The notes below the pieces were generated by a model. The model was given only the letters and a program-made list of their open reading frames with translations, did no database searches and was not told the DNA's origin. From Laetmonice hystrix (Eukaryota), in NCBI GenBank assembly GCA_965235115.1, contig OZ249436.1, forward strand, positions 27,840,001 to 27,904,000: a stretch of 64,000 nt of DNA, in the 5' to 3' direction. Positions 37,086-49,632 of this stretch are shown piece after piece (the first letter of the stretch is position 1; every line of letters begins with the position of its first letter). Both the position numbers and the translations under genes were made by a program.

Positions 37086-40000
37086 AATCTGTAGTTGAAG
37101 TGTTGTCAAATACAATGTTTTCTTGTAGTTGCTGGAAATCTGTTTCTATTGAATGTTAAACTTGATCCACTGTGCCCCAGGCAATGGTATACAGTGGATC
37201 ACTTCACTTTTTATTTTCAAAATTCCCTCATCTTGTCGCTGATGTTGTAAATGACTATTCTATATTATGTTGTTACCTCCACCTGTCCACGGTCGCATCG
37301 CATATAGTGTTGCAGGCTCCGTCGCCCATCACAAGATCGTCGAAAAGTCGTTGCAGCTTCGTCGCAAAAAAATGAACCTTTTTCAATTTTTTGAACGGCG
37401 GTTGCAGCTGAATTGTACCGTTTTCCTGCTTGCTACAAGTGTAGCCATCGCCGTCGCTCGTCGCAATGACGCGTCCACTGGATCAACCAACCAGAAGTCG
37501 CTATACTTGCCATGTGATTATCCGTACGAATATCAAAATGGCGGCGTTGAATGAGCATCGATGGACTGAGGAGAGTATGGGTCACAACTAAACGTGTCGG
37601 GAATGGGTGTTCTCTCGTTTAATATATGCACGAACCTTTCCAACCAAATACAGGAAGTCGTCATGGCTCATTCTGAGCAGTTTCTCGGAAGGAGGCACAG
37701 TCTCCAAGTTTTATTTTTTGAACCAGCCGATGGTATGCCCCCAGATCCCTACGGTGGGAGATCCATTCTTTTCCCCACACTCTGGTTCGTTTTGGTTTTG
37801 GAGGTTCGTCACCCTTCCTAGTTTCGGCATCTTTATGGTGAGAGCTCGTATAATGCTAGTAAAACAGATACTAATCGTGCGTTAGTATTGAGTAGCAATG
37901 TGTGAACACTACCATGATATATGTACAAACTACCAATTATCGCTCACTGTACTGACAGCATGTAATTTATGTCGATATAAAGATGGTTTCTCCATAATAA
38001 ACTTAAGCCTGACAAGTATTGGTAATACCTCACCGGTTACATGGTATCTTTTGTCGTAATTACTGCCCCTCGGACCCAGTATGCAAGATAGAAGACCGCA
38101 TGTAGAATAGAAACAATGAACACAGAGAAGGAGCTGGAACAACCTGTGGGCGTTCAAATGTTCTGGGCGTTCAGATGTTCTGGGCGTTCAGATTAGCTAC
38201 AGTAGGCTACCAGACCAGAACCATATTATACACGAGGAAATTACCTGTCACATTTAATACAATATTGAAATGTTAATGGAGTATCTTTAGTAAACTCATT
38301 ATTCAAATATTTATTGTTTCTCGATAACTTTAACTTTAGGTCCTCTGCCTCTGAAGTAGGCAGCAACATGACAAAATGACGCAAAGAATTGTAGGGAACT
38401 TTTAACATGCCAAGTTGACACGTCACCAAGTGACAGAATAATGCCAAGAATTGTTATCATGCTAGGGGGCAGGGGGCAGCTGCCCCCTGCATGTGAAAAC
38501 TTGGATTTTGTTCCCAGATGCCAGGAAAACGCGTATTTTGCCCTGTAATTTTCAATTTGTTCTGGGGGACCAACCGCTCCTGGCTTCACGCCTTCGGCGC
38601 TCGCATCGGGGACACCCCCTTTTCAAAATTCTTGGATTCCCCCATGACTACCCCCCCCCCTCAGAAACTTCTAGCTACGGCCCTAAAACCTAACTGTATG
38701 AAATCAACTATTATATCTCCTTCAATCACCTAAAAATAAACTTTTTTCTGAAAATGAGACTGAACTGGAAATTACTGTTTTGAGTAATATAGTGGTTTCG
38801 CTGGGCCGCTTTGCCGTAGGTTGAATTCCCGCGGCCTTATACAGATGGCGCTGCAATCGTTTTGTATACGGCGTATAACCGCGCTCTGCGCCTCTCTGCA
38901 GTATTCGGTGTGGTAAAGGCCACCTCCTACCAGCTGCAGACTTCTACTTGGGGATCGGAACTATTTTTAAAGAAAGCAGTGGGTTGTGAAAGAAAACGGT
39001 TTGGCGACTGTGCGTTGCAGATGCTGTTTGTGTGTTGGGGGGGGGGGGGGAGGTGGGGGTGTGGATACAAGCTGTCGTGCCTGGCATCTCACATTGAGAT
39101 TTGCGGAGGGGGAGGGGGCAGGCATCAGTTGGGCATCCTCCGGGGATTTGGAGAAATCTAGGACTGCATATATTATAAGCAGGACCGTTTGTTCATTGTG
39201 AATAGATGATTGAAAAGTGCCGTGGCCTTCAGCAACGAGTATACATGGCTGTCTATACTACGCAGACCTGTAATATAATGACCACACAAAAAAGCAAAAG
39301 ACATAGTAAGTTGACTACCTTAAGAATTATAAATTTTATACGAGAATTCATGGGAATGTTATTCAATTTGCCTATAATTACATTTATATGGGAGTCGTAA
39401 ATATACATGGACACATTGACTAGTTTAATGAAAATTTAAAACTTCTGCCTTAGATAAAAGAACTCCGCCATCGGTCATCTGAGATTTCCTATTAGTCTTA
39501 GATATGTGCACCAAAAGAAAAAACCCATTAACAACAGTTCTCCCCTTTTATTATGTGGCAAACAACTTAGGACTCCCCTCGCCGAACAAGATACAATGAT
39601 ATCATTGCCTTACCATCAGACTTGTTTTAGATATATAAAATATACTCTACTGGCCTACCATCCTGGTTTGTAGACGGTAGACGGATGCATCGATGCAAGC
39701 TAGTTGGAAACAAAATATTCAGTTTATCAGTAAAAATGATAATGCAAAGCAAAATAAATGGAGTCTATATTTAATTTGAAGGGACGCAAATAATAATAAT
39801 TCGTCTTCCAACAGTCGTTTTAGCCTCATAAAACAGCCCGGCCGTGCCGTGCTCCCTTGACGGCTTGCAGGATGACACAAACTTTTAACGTTCTTCCAAG
39901 TAGTGACCCATCCAATGAACCGTCAAGTGCAGGAGAAGGTTTTGGTAATAATGACCGTCTTGAACAACATATTGGCGAGGCACATTCAGGGCTGGCCTGC

Positions 40001-40261
40001 TACCGATAGGAGTTGGGTTAGAATGGCGGAATGTGTTTGACAGCTCGCAGTATTGCACACCGTCCATGCGTCGACACTGGCGTGAATTGTGAAGACTATA
40101 TATAGGTTTCCCCCATTGATGTGTCGGTTCTTTTAAGATGGATTACGCTGGCGTTCCATCAACGGCAACTTCTGCGAAATATCAAGGGACTTGCAACGTT
40201 TCATTACCCCATGCCAGTGTCCCTATGGCAGGGTCAAGGGATTTGCTGTAACTTCTGACTG

Positions 40262-40517
40262 GGTGGGTGGGTATTTGGGGTTTTACGCCTTGCAACAGCC
40301 AGGGTCATATCACGGCGGTGAAGATGAGATGAAAGTCAGTTTTTCTTGGTGGAGGAAACCGGAGTACCCGGAGGAAACCACCGACCTTCGGGAAGGAACT
40401 GACTGACAAACCTTTCACACATGCAGCCCAGGCCGGGAATCGAACCCGGGTCGCAGCGATGGTCCTAGGTGTCATGATGGAGCCGACACCTTAGACCACT
40501 CGGCCACCCGAGGCCCC
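40262..40517 (-). mobile_element. Full-length tRNA-derived SINE with V-domain-like core
   Basis: On the minus strand: A box TGGCCGAGTGG, B box GGGTTCGATTCCC, core GGTTTCCTCCGGGTACTCCGGTTTCCTCCACC, tail GATATGACCCTGGCTGTTG...GGCGTAAAA. Flanked by a perfect 14-bp TSD, GTAACTTCTGACTG (40248-40261 and 40518-40531). Confidence 0.9.
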
Positions 40518-40547
40518 GTAACTTCTGACTGCCATTGGTGCAGTATA

Positions 40548-40781
40548 CAGTATGTCCCCCCCCCCAAAAATGATAGTCTGTGTTCCATTGTCAAAAAGAG
40601 ATACTGGTGGTGATTAGTAATGCGTGACCCTGTTCACACACCAAACTTGCTGAGAGTTATCTAGGGGATCAAACTTTATGTTCAACTTTGAAATTCAAAA
40701 TTCAAAATTCGACAATCCTCTAAAAGATTTAAGTGTATTGCACACCTAAAGTTAGACTATCATTTTTTGGGGGACATACTG
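40548..40781. mobile_element. Tc1/mariner-type MITE
   Basis: TIRs CAGTATGTCCCCC..AAAAATGATAGTCT / AGACTATCATTTTTTGGGGGACATACTG, with TA TSD. Confidence 0.85.
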
Positions 40782-41811
40782 TATATGGGTATCTTTTTCA
40801 CACGCATTTGAGATTAAGTTAATGCAGTCATAAATTTTAGTACGTCAGACACGGAATAAGACCAAAGTGAGGCAGGAAGAAGTAATGTCTATTAATCCGA
40901 GTCTCAACATGACAAACGAATAGATCTAGTCAAAGAGTATAGTCTGCACGCCAATGCAGCCGTTCGAATCCATAATTAGAATCCATGACATCCATATAAC
41001 TTTTTTTTATACATCTGCCGAATGCATTGCATGGAAATTAATGAAGCCTTTTTCTTTGTACAGAATATTTAACAAATTGAAGAGCTGGTCCGGCCATCAT
41101 GCCGTCCAGTGGGAATCCCGGTAAATCCGCCATGCGATCCGTTTAAAGTAATCTTCTACCGTTCTTCGGATTTAAGTCAAGTAAAAGATTACGGTCATCT
41201 CATTCGAGCTGAATTATTAAAAAAAAAGATGCCATAGAAAAGCAGACAAATATTTGTGCTCAGGTGTATTCCATATACAAGCATTATGTTCCAAACAGTG
41301 ATGGCGGCTGCTGGGAATAATCAGAGCCTCCCTGTCCTGTCTTCATGACCATTTAATTAGCAAGTCGTTTTATTGCTAGCATTCTCACTTAGTGTGATGC
41401 GCTCATTCAGCTTTATGAAACTGCTTATTTTGATGTTTCAATGCCAAACCTTCCAGTAAGGATTCCTCCATGGTTTTTCATCGTTGAAGGGAATCTTAAG
41501 ATGGCATAGATAAAATTGTAGTCGATGCATTTATCAGCGCTGCTGCTCATTTAATCATTTATCAGTGGTGGAAAGGGTGTACTGTTGAAAGGATGAAGAC
41601 AAGACACGAATAGGCCTTATGTGTAATGCATAATGCAAATTTCCAAACCCCATTAGCGAGTATCAAGGAGAACCATGCAGTCTGTCCGAGTTCTGTCGTT
41701 GATTTCCTTCGTTGGAACAAACCTCCGTTTTCTTAGCCCCCGCTAAAATAAACGTCCTGGATCCGTCCATGGCCGTCATCGTGTGAGCCCTTAGGATGTC
41801 AAATCCGATTA

Positions 41812-42309
41812 TATCGGGTGGGCCTAAAAATTTTGGAACACTATTTTCTTGACCGTAACTTCTACAATTCTTACCCCAATGTCATAATATTTGGAACATA
41901 AAATGTCTGAAAATATGACCATTTTAAAAACTGCATGTCAAAAATTGCAATGCCGGACCAGGCGTCCTCGGCAGAGGTGATCCCGCTGTGTGTGTCTGGA
42001 ACACTCTTTACTTGACTATAACTGCTGGGTCATTCGATGCGACGGGACTCAGTTTTCAGGGCAGTTTCCCGTTTAAAAGACGTGCGGCTTCACGCTAATG
42101 ACCCTGCATGGTCCGGTATTGCAATTTTTGACACACTTTTTAAAAAATGGCTCTATTTTTAGACGTGTTGACTTATTTATCTGAAATTTGTACCACCGAC
42201 CCTAAATAACCAGACGATATCATGTACCAAATATTATGACATTGGGGTAAAAATTATAGAAATTACAGTCAAGAAAAGGGTGTTCCAAAATGTTTAGGCC
42301 CACCCGATA
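41812..42309. mobile_element. Tc1/mariner-like non-autonomous element with long TIRs
   Basis: TATCGGGTGGGCCTAAAAATTTTGGAACAC...TTACCCCAATGTCATAATATTTGG is mirrored at 42227-42309 (~80 bp imperfect inverted repeat), with a further inner IR. TA flanks. Confidence 0.8.
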
Positions 42310-42436
42310 TATCGGGTGAACTTTGTACCACACGCCCTAATTAACCAGATGATATCATGTTCCAAATTTGATATTGGGGTAAAAATATAGAAGTTATCAA
42401 GAAAAGAGTATTCCAAATTTTTTTGGCCCACCCGAT
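42310..42436. mobile_element. Second, internally deleted copy of the same element, abutting the first
   Basis: The junction palindrome CACCCGATATATCGGGTG is followed by a diverged repeat of the right-end sequence, ending GGCCCACCCGAT. Confidence 0.7.
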
Positions 42437-44017
42437 CGTGTAGACATAGTCTCTAATTACCAAACTTGTGAAAGTTCAAATGTTTCTATTCAGTTTCTCC
42501 TTCAATCCGACCTACGGTAAAATTCTTGAGCGCAGTCATTTTCTGGAAAATGAAATCACCAAACCGCATGGCTATACCACTCCGACAATGGGATAACGAG
42601 GAAAACTTATTTAAAGAGACCCCAAGGTGCCCCCTAACAGGTCCGCCCACATGGGAATGAATTCAACAGGATGGTACCCCGGTGTACTGGTCTCATAAAC
42701 TCCCTGCTCGGAATGCAATCCCACCGAACGCCGACAGTGTACCTTTACACGTGCTAAGCATTCACTCACCCGAAGTGCACGCCGACAACATTCGAAATTC
42801 CAAGCTTGACCCAAACTTTGTGTTTGTTTGAATTCAGCCCCAAATGAGCAGCTTATACATGGGCCTAAATCAGCACGCGGCAGGGGACCTAAGCGCCTGT
42901 CGATCGATATCGGGGGAAGGGACCCTATATGTGGGACCCTGGCAGCCAGCCAACCAAAGCCAGCCAGGCAGACGAAAACCGGCCGCCGATAATGCAATCA
43001 GGCGAGAAGCTTCGGGGGAAAAGGGCCGCCTCACGAGCAACGGAGCAAGATTTGAGAAGTTGTGCCAGGCAGTGTTTGTATTTGCCCCAGACATCCGTCA
43101 ATTGGTATATCAAACGAGTAGAGATGGAGACGACCCTGGCTCTGTGTGATCGCACCCCTGGATCATTATTCGAGCACCACATCAGTTGGCGCAGCTGTTG
43201 GCGTAATAGCAGTCATTTGAGAGAAGCCTGATACGGACGCCGATCATTTTACAGAAGGCGGGTTATCTGATGGAGGCCAATGGCCGGTTGTGAAGCGGGT
43301 CTAACAAGGAGAATCATGTTAAGCGGAAATCAGGAGGCTTCATAATTGCAATTCAGCATCCGAAACATCATGAACCTAATATTCACTCCATTTGAGATGA
43401 GTTAGGGTCTTAGGAAGAAAAAAAAGCTTGATGTAGATCTGTATCCCCTGGCGCAGAACGGGGATGGTGATGCTTTATGAAATCATATTAAGGGCCTATT
43501 ATCTTGGTAGGCAATCGCATATATCGTCAGAATTAGACAGACCCAGGATGTATATAAAACTACATATCAACCACGACTAGAGAGCAACTTATTCTGTTGA
43601 AGTGGTTTTTTGGAAGGTTTGTTGCTGAGAAAATCTATATTTTACTCAACTTTTGCCGTATAGTGGTATGACATACCAGCCCACGGGAAATGAAAGTCTA
43701 TGTCTGCTGGATTTACATTAATTGAAGACTGAAGATTGATACCTTATGATGTATTTATATTGCATAGAAGATTTATATGGCATAGAAGAGATAGTTATTC
43801 GATATTCGATCTAATCCATCGCCAACACCCCCTCCCCCCCTCAGTTCTAACCCTCATCTTTATCAATACGCTGGCAGATATTGTGTAAACTTGAAAATAA
43901 AGGAATTTGAAATTCGGCAAATGGAACCAGTGCATATATAAAATTATATCTATATAGGCTGTGTTGGTAAATATTGCCTTCCTCAGACCGGATTAAACGA
44001 CACGTCATTTTTTCTCA

Positions 44018-44613
44018 GGCCTGGGGCCACTGTCAGACCTAGGTATAGGCCATAATATGACCACTGACCTGGGGCCACTGTCAGACCTAGGTATAACATG
44101 ACCCGGCCTGGGGCCACTGTAATACCTAGGTATAACATGACCCGGCCTGGGGCCACTGTCAGACCTGGGTATAACATGACCCGGCCTGGGGCCACTGTCA
44201 GACCTAGGTATAGCATGACCCGGCCTGGGGCCACTGTCATACCTAGGTATAACATGACCCGGCCTGGGGCCACTGTCAGACCTAGGTATAACATGACCCG
44301 GCCTGGGGCCACTGTCAGACCTAGGTATAGCATGACCCGGCCTGGGGCCACTGTCATACCTAGGTATAACATGACCCGGCCTGGGGCCACTGTCAGACCT
44401 AGGTATAACATGACCCGGCCTGGGGCCACTGTCAGACCTAGGTATAACATGACCCGGCCTGGGGCCACTGTCAGACCTGGGTATAACATGACCCGGCCTG
44501 GGGCCACTGTCATACCTAGGTATAACATGACCCGGCCTGGGGCCACTGTCAGACCTAGGTATAACATGACCCGGCCTGGGGCCACTGTCAGACCTAGGTA
44601 TAACATGACCCGG
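44018..44613. repeat. Minisatellite, 39-bp unit, ~15 copies
   Basis: Unit GGCCTGGGGCCACTGTCAGACCTAGGTATAACATGACCC. Confidence 0.97.
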
Positions 44614-44689
44614 ACAGTCATTTTTGGAGAGGTTATAATACAGAATATTATTCTGTACGGGAGGGATGTGGATTATAACCACATGTTAA

Positions 44690-44888
44690 GAGGTTGGTAA
44701 TCAGAGGCTTAGACCACTGGGCCCTCCCCCCTTCGATTGGAATCCCCCTGAAGCCGGAAGTGAGAAAGCTACCTGCTGTAAGGTGAGTGGTTTCCCCGGA
44801 TACTCCGGTTTCCTCAACCAGTAAAACTAACCGCCTTGATGTGACCCTGGCTGTTGTGAAGGCGTAAATCACCTATCCAAATCCAAAA
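44690..44888 (+). mobile_element. Degenerate copy of the same V-like SINE superfamily
   Basis: Contains GGTTTCCCCGGATACTCCGGTTTCCTCAACC and the tail CCGCCTTGATGTGACCCTGGCTGTTGTGAAGGCGTAAA, collinear with the 40262-40517 SINE. The head is degenerate. Confidence 0.75.
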
Positions 44889-45505
44889 GTCCATGCTGTT
44901 GTCTGGCCGATGTGGATCCGAAACGAAACGACAATCCTGTTTGACTGCATGAATCCCGATTTTAACATTCAGGACTTGGCGACCATTGCTCTACTATTCT
45001 ACAGCCCTGTATATTAGGTGGTTACTAGACGAACTGAGATGTGATGATTAGACGGATAGGCAATCAGACGAGACTGGTCGTATCGAGTGGAGCATGGAGG
45101 ACATGTAAAATGGTGCAGTCAGATCACCCTACCCTTATTACGTTAGTATGTATCAAGCCTATGTAATATAACTCGAGCCCGATACACACTATTCGTCTCA
45201 CTTTGCACCATACAGGTCGATCTGTATAATAGCTGAAGCGAAGGGAGGTTTGGCCTGATAGGGGGACCACATCGCCCTATCATACCAGGACAAAATAACA
45301 AGAAGGGTGTTGGGCGTGTAAAAGGAAGCCGCAGGTCGCAACAAGCGTTCGGTAGACCTAGATAAATCTCACAGATCCAAGTTTTTTTAAAACTCTGTTT
45401 TGGATTTTTCTCTCTCGCAAATCCAATGATGATGTCCTATATGTGTAACTGGGTGGAACCTTTATGGAAGGTTAGAAGAAAAGTGCTGGAAGTGCAGGGA
45501 TCCTG

Positions 45506-45594
<89 letters not shown>

Positions 45595-45649
45595 TTCCCC
45601 CCCCTCTCTCTCTCTCCCCCCTCTCTCTCCCTCTCTCTCTCGCTCTCTC
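45506..45649. repeat. (CT)n microsatellite / polypyrimidine tract
   Basis: About 85 bp of pure CT repeat followed by degenerate C/T. Confidence 0.97.
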
Positions 45650-46112
45650 AACAAGCTACCCCCCATCAAGGTCAAACCAGCGCCGTGGTAGACAAGCCTT
45701 TTGCATTAGAAGATTGTTCCCGCCCATGAAAGGAACCACTGCCTTTTGTTTGCCTCTTACCCTTGGGCTTACCATAAAGTAGACTCCACCGTACCCAGTC
45801 CTGTTTTCATATATTTTTCTTATTTTCTCTTTGACCGTTCATCTGAGATTTGTTGCCGCCCGTAGCAGTGCTCTGACAAAAGCAATGTGTCACCTGCAGG
45901 TTAGCCTTCAAGCACTGATTCTAGGAAAAGTAATTTATTACGACGTTTTTGACTATCCCTTATAGCAGCTGGAGTGTTGATCTGTTCATCAATTCACGCA
46001 ACAGTTTGGTACTATAATTATAAAAGTCGAGAATTTAATCACTCCCGTCACTGGAGATTCAACTACAAAATGCAATGTGGATTTTCGTAACACGGCTTCG
46101 GAATTCGTATTG

Positions 46113-46222
46113 GGAATAGTGTTATTTGTCCTATGCAAGACCACGCGTGACTGGTGTCTCTATATAAAGATATAGAGACACCAGTCACGCGTGGTCTTGC
46201 ATAGGACAAATAACACTATTCC
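46113..46222. repeat. Perfect palindrome: 53-bp arms, 4-nt loop
   Basis: GGAATAGTGTTATTTGTCCTATGCAAGACCACGCGTGACTGGTGTCTCTATAT, then AAAG, then the exact reverse complement. Confidence 0.95.
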
Positions 46223-47693
46223 GAATGGCTAAGCTGACAAAAATGGACATGGGAATGTGGATTACGATTATACAGCCAGGAAGTACTTCAATCCATACAG
46301 TTGTTAGAGTCCCGGTATTTTTATCAACCGATGGTCTCTTAAATTCCCAGGGTAATGGGTATAAGATTAAGCCCGGATCGTGTGGTGGTATTGAGCTATT
46401 ACTACACCACCCCGCCTCGCATATTGTTAACCATGCGGAAGTATCAACATCAAATCGTACCAAAGGCAATCCGCACACAGTGACTTTGATCCAGTGCTTA
46501 CAGAGGGGACGAGGGGAGCTCCACTTCAACTTTTCATGCCAGCGATTCCCCAAGCAAACAACATCAGGGCCATAACCTTCTCGGTTGCATTGATTTAGGA
46601 GTGGTCGTCTGCCCAACTCGGGCCAGTGACGGTACAGTCGTGCTGCCACAGACGCTCTAACCCCTATATATCTGATGAAGCCTGTATCCATACATGGGCG
46701 GGAAAAAGTCCCGATTTCCAGAGAACATTAGCACCGGGCGTCGTCAACAGCAGACGGGTTGGATCGCTTCTTGTCTGGACGAACTGGTCTGAATGATGTC
46801 GCCTTTGCCCCATGGCACACCATTGAGCCGGCCGTGAGGGAAGGATACGCCTTATAAAGCAGAGTCCTCTCAGCTCGCCGAGGTGCTTCGAGGCAGGTCG
46901 CTGGACTGGACAAGGTACCTCTGTTGAGGGTTCCACAGACTGAAACACATATACAGCAAACCCACGGCAACACGGCAGAAGTCAATCCATTTTCTCCTGC
47001 TGATGGATCTTTCCGACAGCTGTCAATTCATATATGAAAACATTAGCACCGATTGCGGAAGAAGTGGCGGGAGAAAGTACTCAGATGGACTGCGGATCGC
47101 CTGAGGCGGCAGGCGCGGAGTTCGTCTGCGGCGGATGCATGCTTGTTTGAAGGGACCCGATGGTGTCGCCTTTCCGTTCAACTATTGAGATTGAACACTC
47201 CTAGAAAGGCATAAACCTTTTCCATTCTGGATTGTGTCTCTTTCGAGCAGATGTATTATTACTTTAGGCTGGACTGTGATTGCAAACATAGACCGTTTGT
47301 CCATGACACGTTATTTCTACACTTTGGAGCACTGCAGGCCATAATGGACGACTTGGTGGAGGAATCAACTTCCAATACTTGAAAGGACAATGCGACCTGC
47401 CGCGGTTTTACGCCTTGCACGTGGAGTTGGGATGTTTGAAAAAGGATCACATGTTTGGAAATTATCGGACACCGGTATTATTGCTACTGGCAAGGTCGCA
47501 GACGACAAGTCTTAAATAATCACGTGCAAGTTTTCAAGACAAGTCAGAACATAAACATATTACTTATTGCACTAATCTATACCACATTGTGGACACTTAC
47601 TACGTTCGGGTTTTAAAACTTGAGTGGAAATTACATCTGAACAAAAAGACGAGAAACTGACCACCAGCCCTTCCGCCAAACCAGGTTTCGAAA

Positions 47694-47796
47694 ATGGATG
47701 GATGCAGAGATGTTATCCTGTTGGTTCTCCTGTTATATCCCATGTATTCTCATCAGATGTGGAACAAGACCACCGAAGAAGAGGATGATGAAGACC
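47694..47796 (+). CDS. Nicotinic acetylcholine receptor subunit, probable coding exon 1 (signal peptide + acidic linker)
   Basis: ATG at 47694 gives MDGCRDVILLVLLLYPMYSHQMWNKTTEEEDDED, with a hydrophobic signal-peptide-like core. It ends at a C|GTATGT donor in phase 1, matching the phase-1 acceptor of the next exon (C+TG = Leu, then HPGRIIPDEQRLL). Confidence 0.7.
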
Positions 47797-49486
47797 GTAT
47801 GTATACAACGTATATTATATACGTCATTCTCCATTATTCTTGGCGAAGGGTAATCATGCCATCTTGCCAGATGAAAACACCAAATGTATTCCCGCCTCCC
47901 ATGTACAACCCTCGTAATCCTGGTCGAATAATCGTTTCCTGGCCCATATCAAAGTTTGTCAATCTACTTATTTCGACGCATTTAGAAAATACGAAGGGGA
48001 CTGGTCAGGGCTTAATGTATATTTCTTGTATGTCATATACGCATACCGATATATATATATTGATCATCGACTTTACGATGGGACGGTATAATGTTTGAAG
48101 ACGTCATTGGCAATTTGTAGGCCTATATCGTGAGTTTAATATTATATTATGTATTGAGATATACATAGCCAGTGAGTAGATCTTGGTAGGACATTATTAT
48201 CTGCCTGAAGTTGTGTTGTGGAGTTGATATAAATAGACACATCGATTCATTCTGGGTTTTTTTAATATGCTGAACAGCGTGAACATTGATAGCTCTTCCT
48301 TACTGTCTATCCTCTCTCCTGTTTTGCTAAGCTTGTTAATTAGTCTAGGCGTTGACGTACAACGTCCCAAGGCAAAGATAAATGCCGAACACCTGGTGTT
48401 CAATTAAGACAAAGGAAAGCTTCCTTATATGGCAGTGTTCACTTTAGAAGAGTCGTATAGTTGACACGAGCGACGGAGAACTTTGAGGGGGAATTTTAGA
48501 TATAATATTATATACAATCGTTACATTAATGCATTTTTTTCCTTAAAATAATCTAGCGTTTCAGACGGAGACGAGTTGAATCGTGAGACGATTAGTCAAA
48601 CTATCACCAGAATGCTAATTCTATATCGGAAAAAGAGATCGGAAAGTATTTTGTGGCAATCATCATTATGCCACAGTAAGTGGTAAATAATATACGGCGG
48701 GGCGGACACTTCAGAGAAATCCGAGAAAGTATCAACACTTGTAGTGGTTCATGTTACTCTACTTGGACAACACTTGCATGGGAATCGAGGGACTTTCTTT
48801 ACAATCCTATTACGTTTTCACAATGCGACATTGCCTCAAAGTTAGCCGGGTCGACTTTGAGGTTTCAAACAAAGTTCTGACATCAGTTGATATTCCTTGT
48901 GGAAGTTAATGACTGCGAATAATTAGTAATAGAGAACAGGTTTAATCCCGTTTTATACAGTAGATAATTGGTAGGACTCGTGCTTCTGGAACGTGCTAGA
49001 TGTGCATCCTCTTGAAGTGGTTGGTTTTTACTATGGAGCTATATGGTTGTTCATACGGGTGATATCTAAGCAGTGACCAGAGCGGTTGGCAAAGGTTTTA
49101 TATATGCCATCTGATTTATGGGATACTTAATTTATTATTCCCTTTCGGAGGGCTCTGCTGCTATACTATACCGACCTGTCGAACGGACATGCATGCAATG
49201 CAGAAACCTCTGGCTGGTTCGTACTTACGTCACGAAACGTTGCCGGCTTTCAAGCAAACCTTCACGTAAAATCACTTGCGGCGGTCGGCTACGAGCGACA
49301 TGAATCACCGAACTACCGGCAACCAAGTGTCAACACCGCAACTTTTTATAAATGTCCGCATTAAACAAAGTAGACTTGATTGTCAAAAAAGATCCGGGCT
49401 TACCGCGTACTTTCAGAGACAAGGAAAGGCAATGAATGGTGACAATGGGAACAAAAACGCTAATCTTCTTCTGGTTATGTTTGTAG

Positions 49487-49632
49487 TGCACCCTGGGCGA
49501 ATCATCCCTGACGAACAGCGTCTTCTCAATAAGATGTTCCGAATCTACGACAACAGCGTCCGCCCCGTCTACAACGCCACCAATAACGTCGTCGTCAAGT
49601 TTGGCGTCACTCTCATCCAGATCATGGACATG
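49487..49632 (+). CDS. nAChR subunit coding exon 2 (N-terminal helix, RPV motif, beta1)
   Basis: TTTGTAG acceptor. Translates HPGRIIPDEQRLLNKMFRIYDNSVRPVYNATNNVVVKFGVTLIQIMDM, the classic Cys-loop N-terminus. GTGGGT donor; 146 nt. Confidence 0.95.

Noticed and set aside
38455..38685. hAT-like non-autonomous remnants (also ~17244-17340, 29185-29510, 53570-54205)
   Set aside because: Their style suggests transposon ends, but I could not pair TIRs with a TSD, so they were not called individually.
40430..40517. tRNA gene
   Set aside because: The A/B boxes belong to a SINE head. It continues into the SINE core and is bounded by TSDs.
42600..43330. GC-rich block with several overlapping 74-128 aa ORFs
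   Set aside because: No recognisable domain and no consistent splice sites, so a gene call cannot be supported.
43983..44700. 200-225 aa repetitive ORFs on both strands
   Set aside because: Artefact of the 39-bp unit, which is a multiple of three. No unique coding flanks.
45426..45782. ORFs with poly-SL / poly-ER, and poly-T at 36685-36900
   Set aside because: Microsatellite translations.
47259..47450. MACSAPKCRN resembling the start of a THAP domain
   Set aside because: No downstream THAP motifs (FP, W, CxxHF), and the ORF ends shortly afterwards.
49276..49486. N-terminal part of ORF 49276-49653 as the receptor start
   Set aside because: No signal peptide at the start, and homology begins at a good acceptor (49486), so this part is intronic read-through. 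The same applies to 34221-34246 and 62731-62777.
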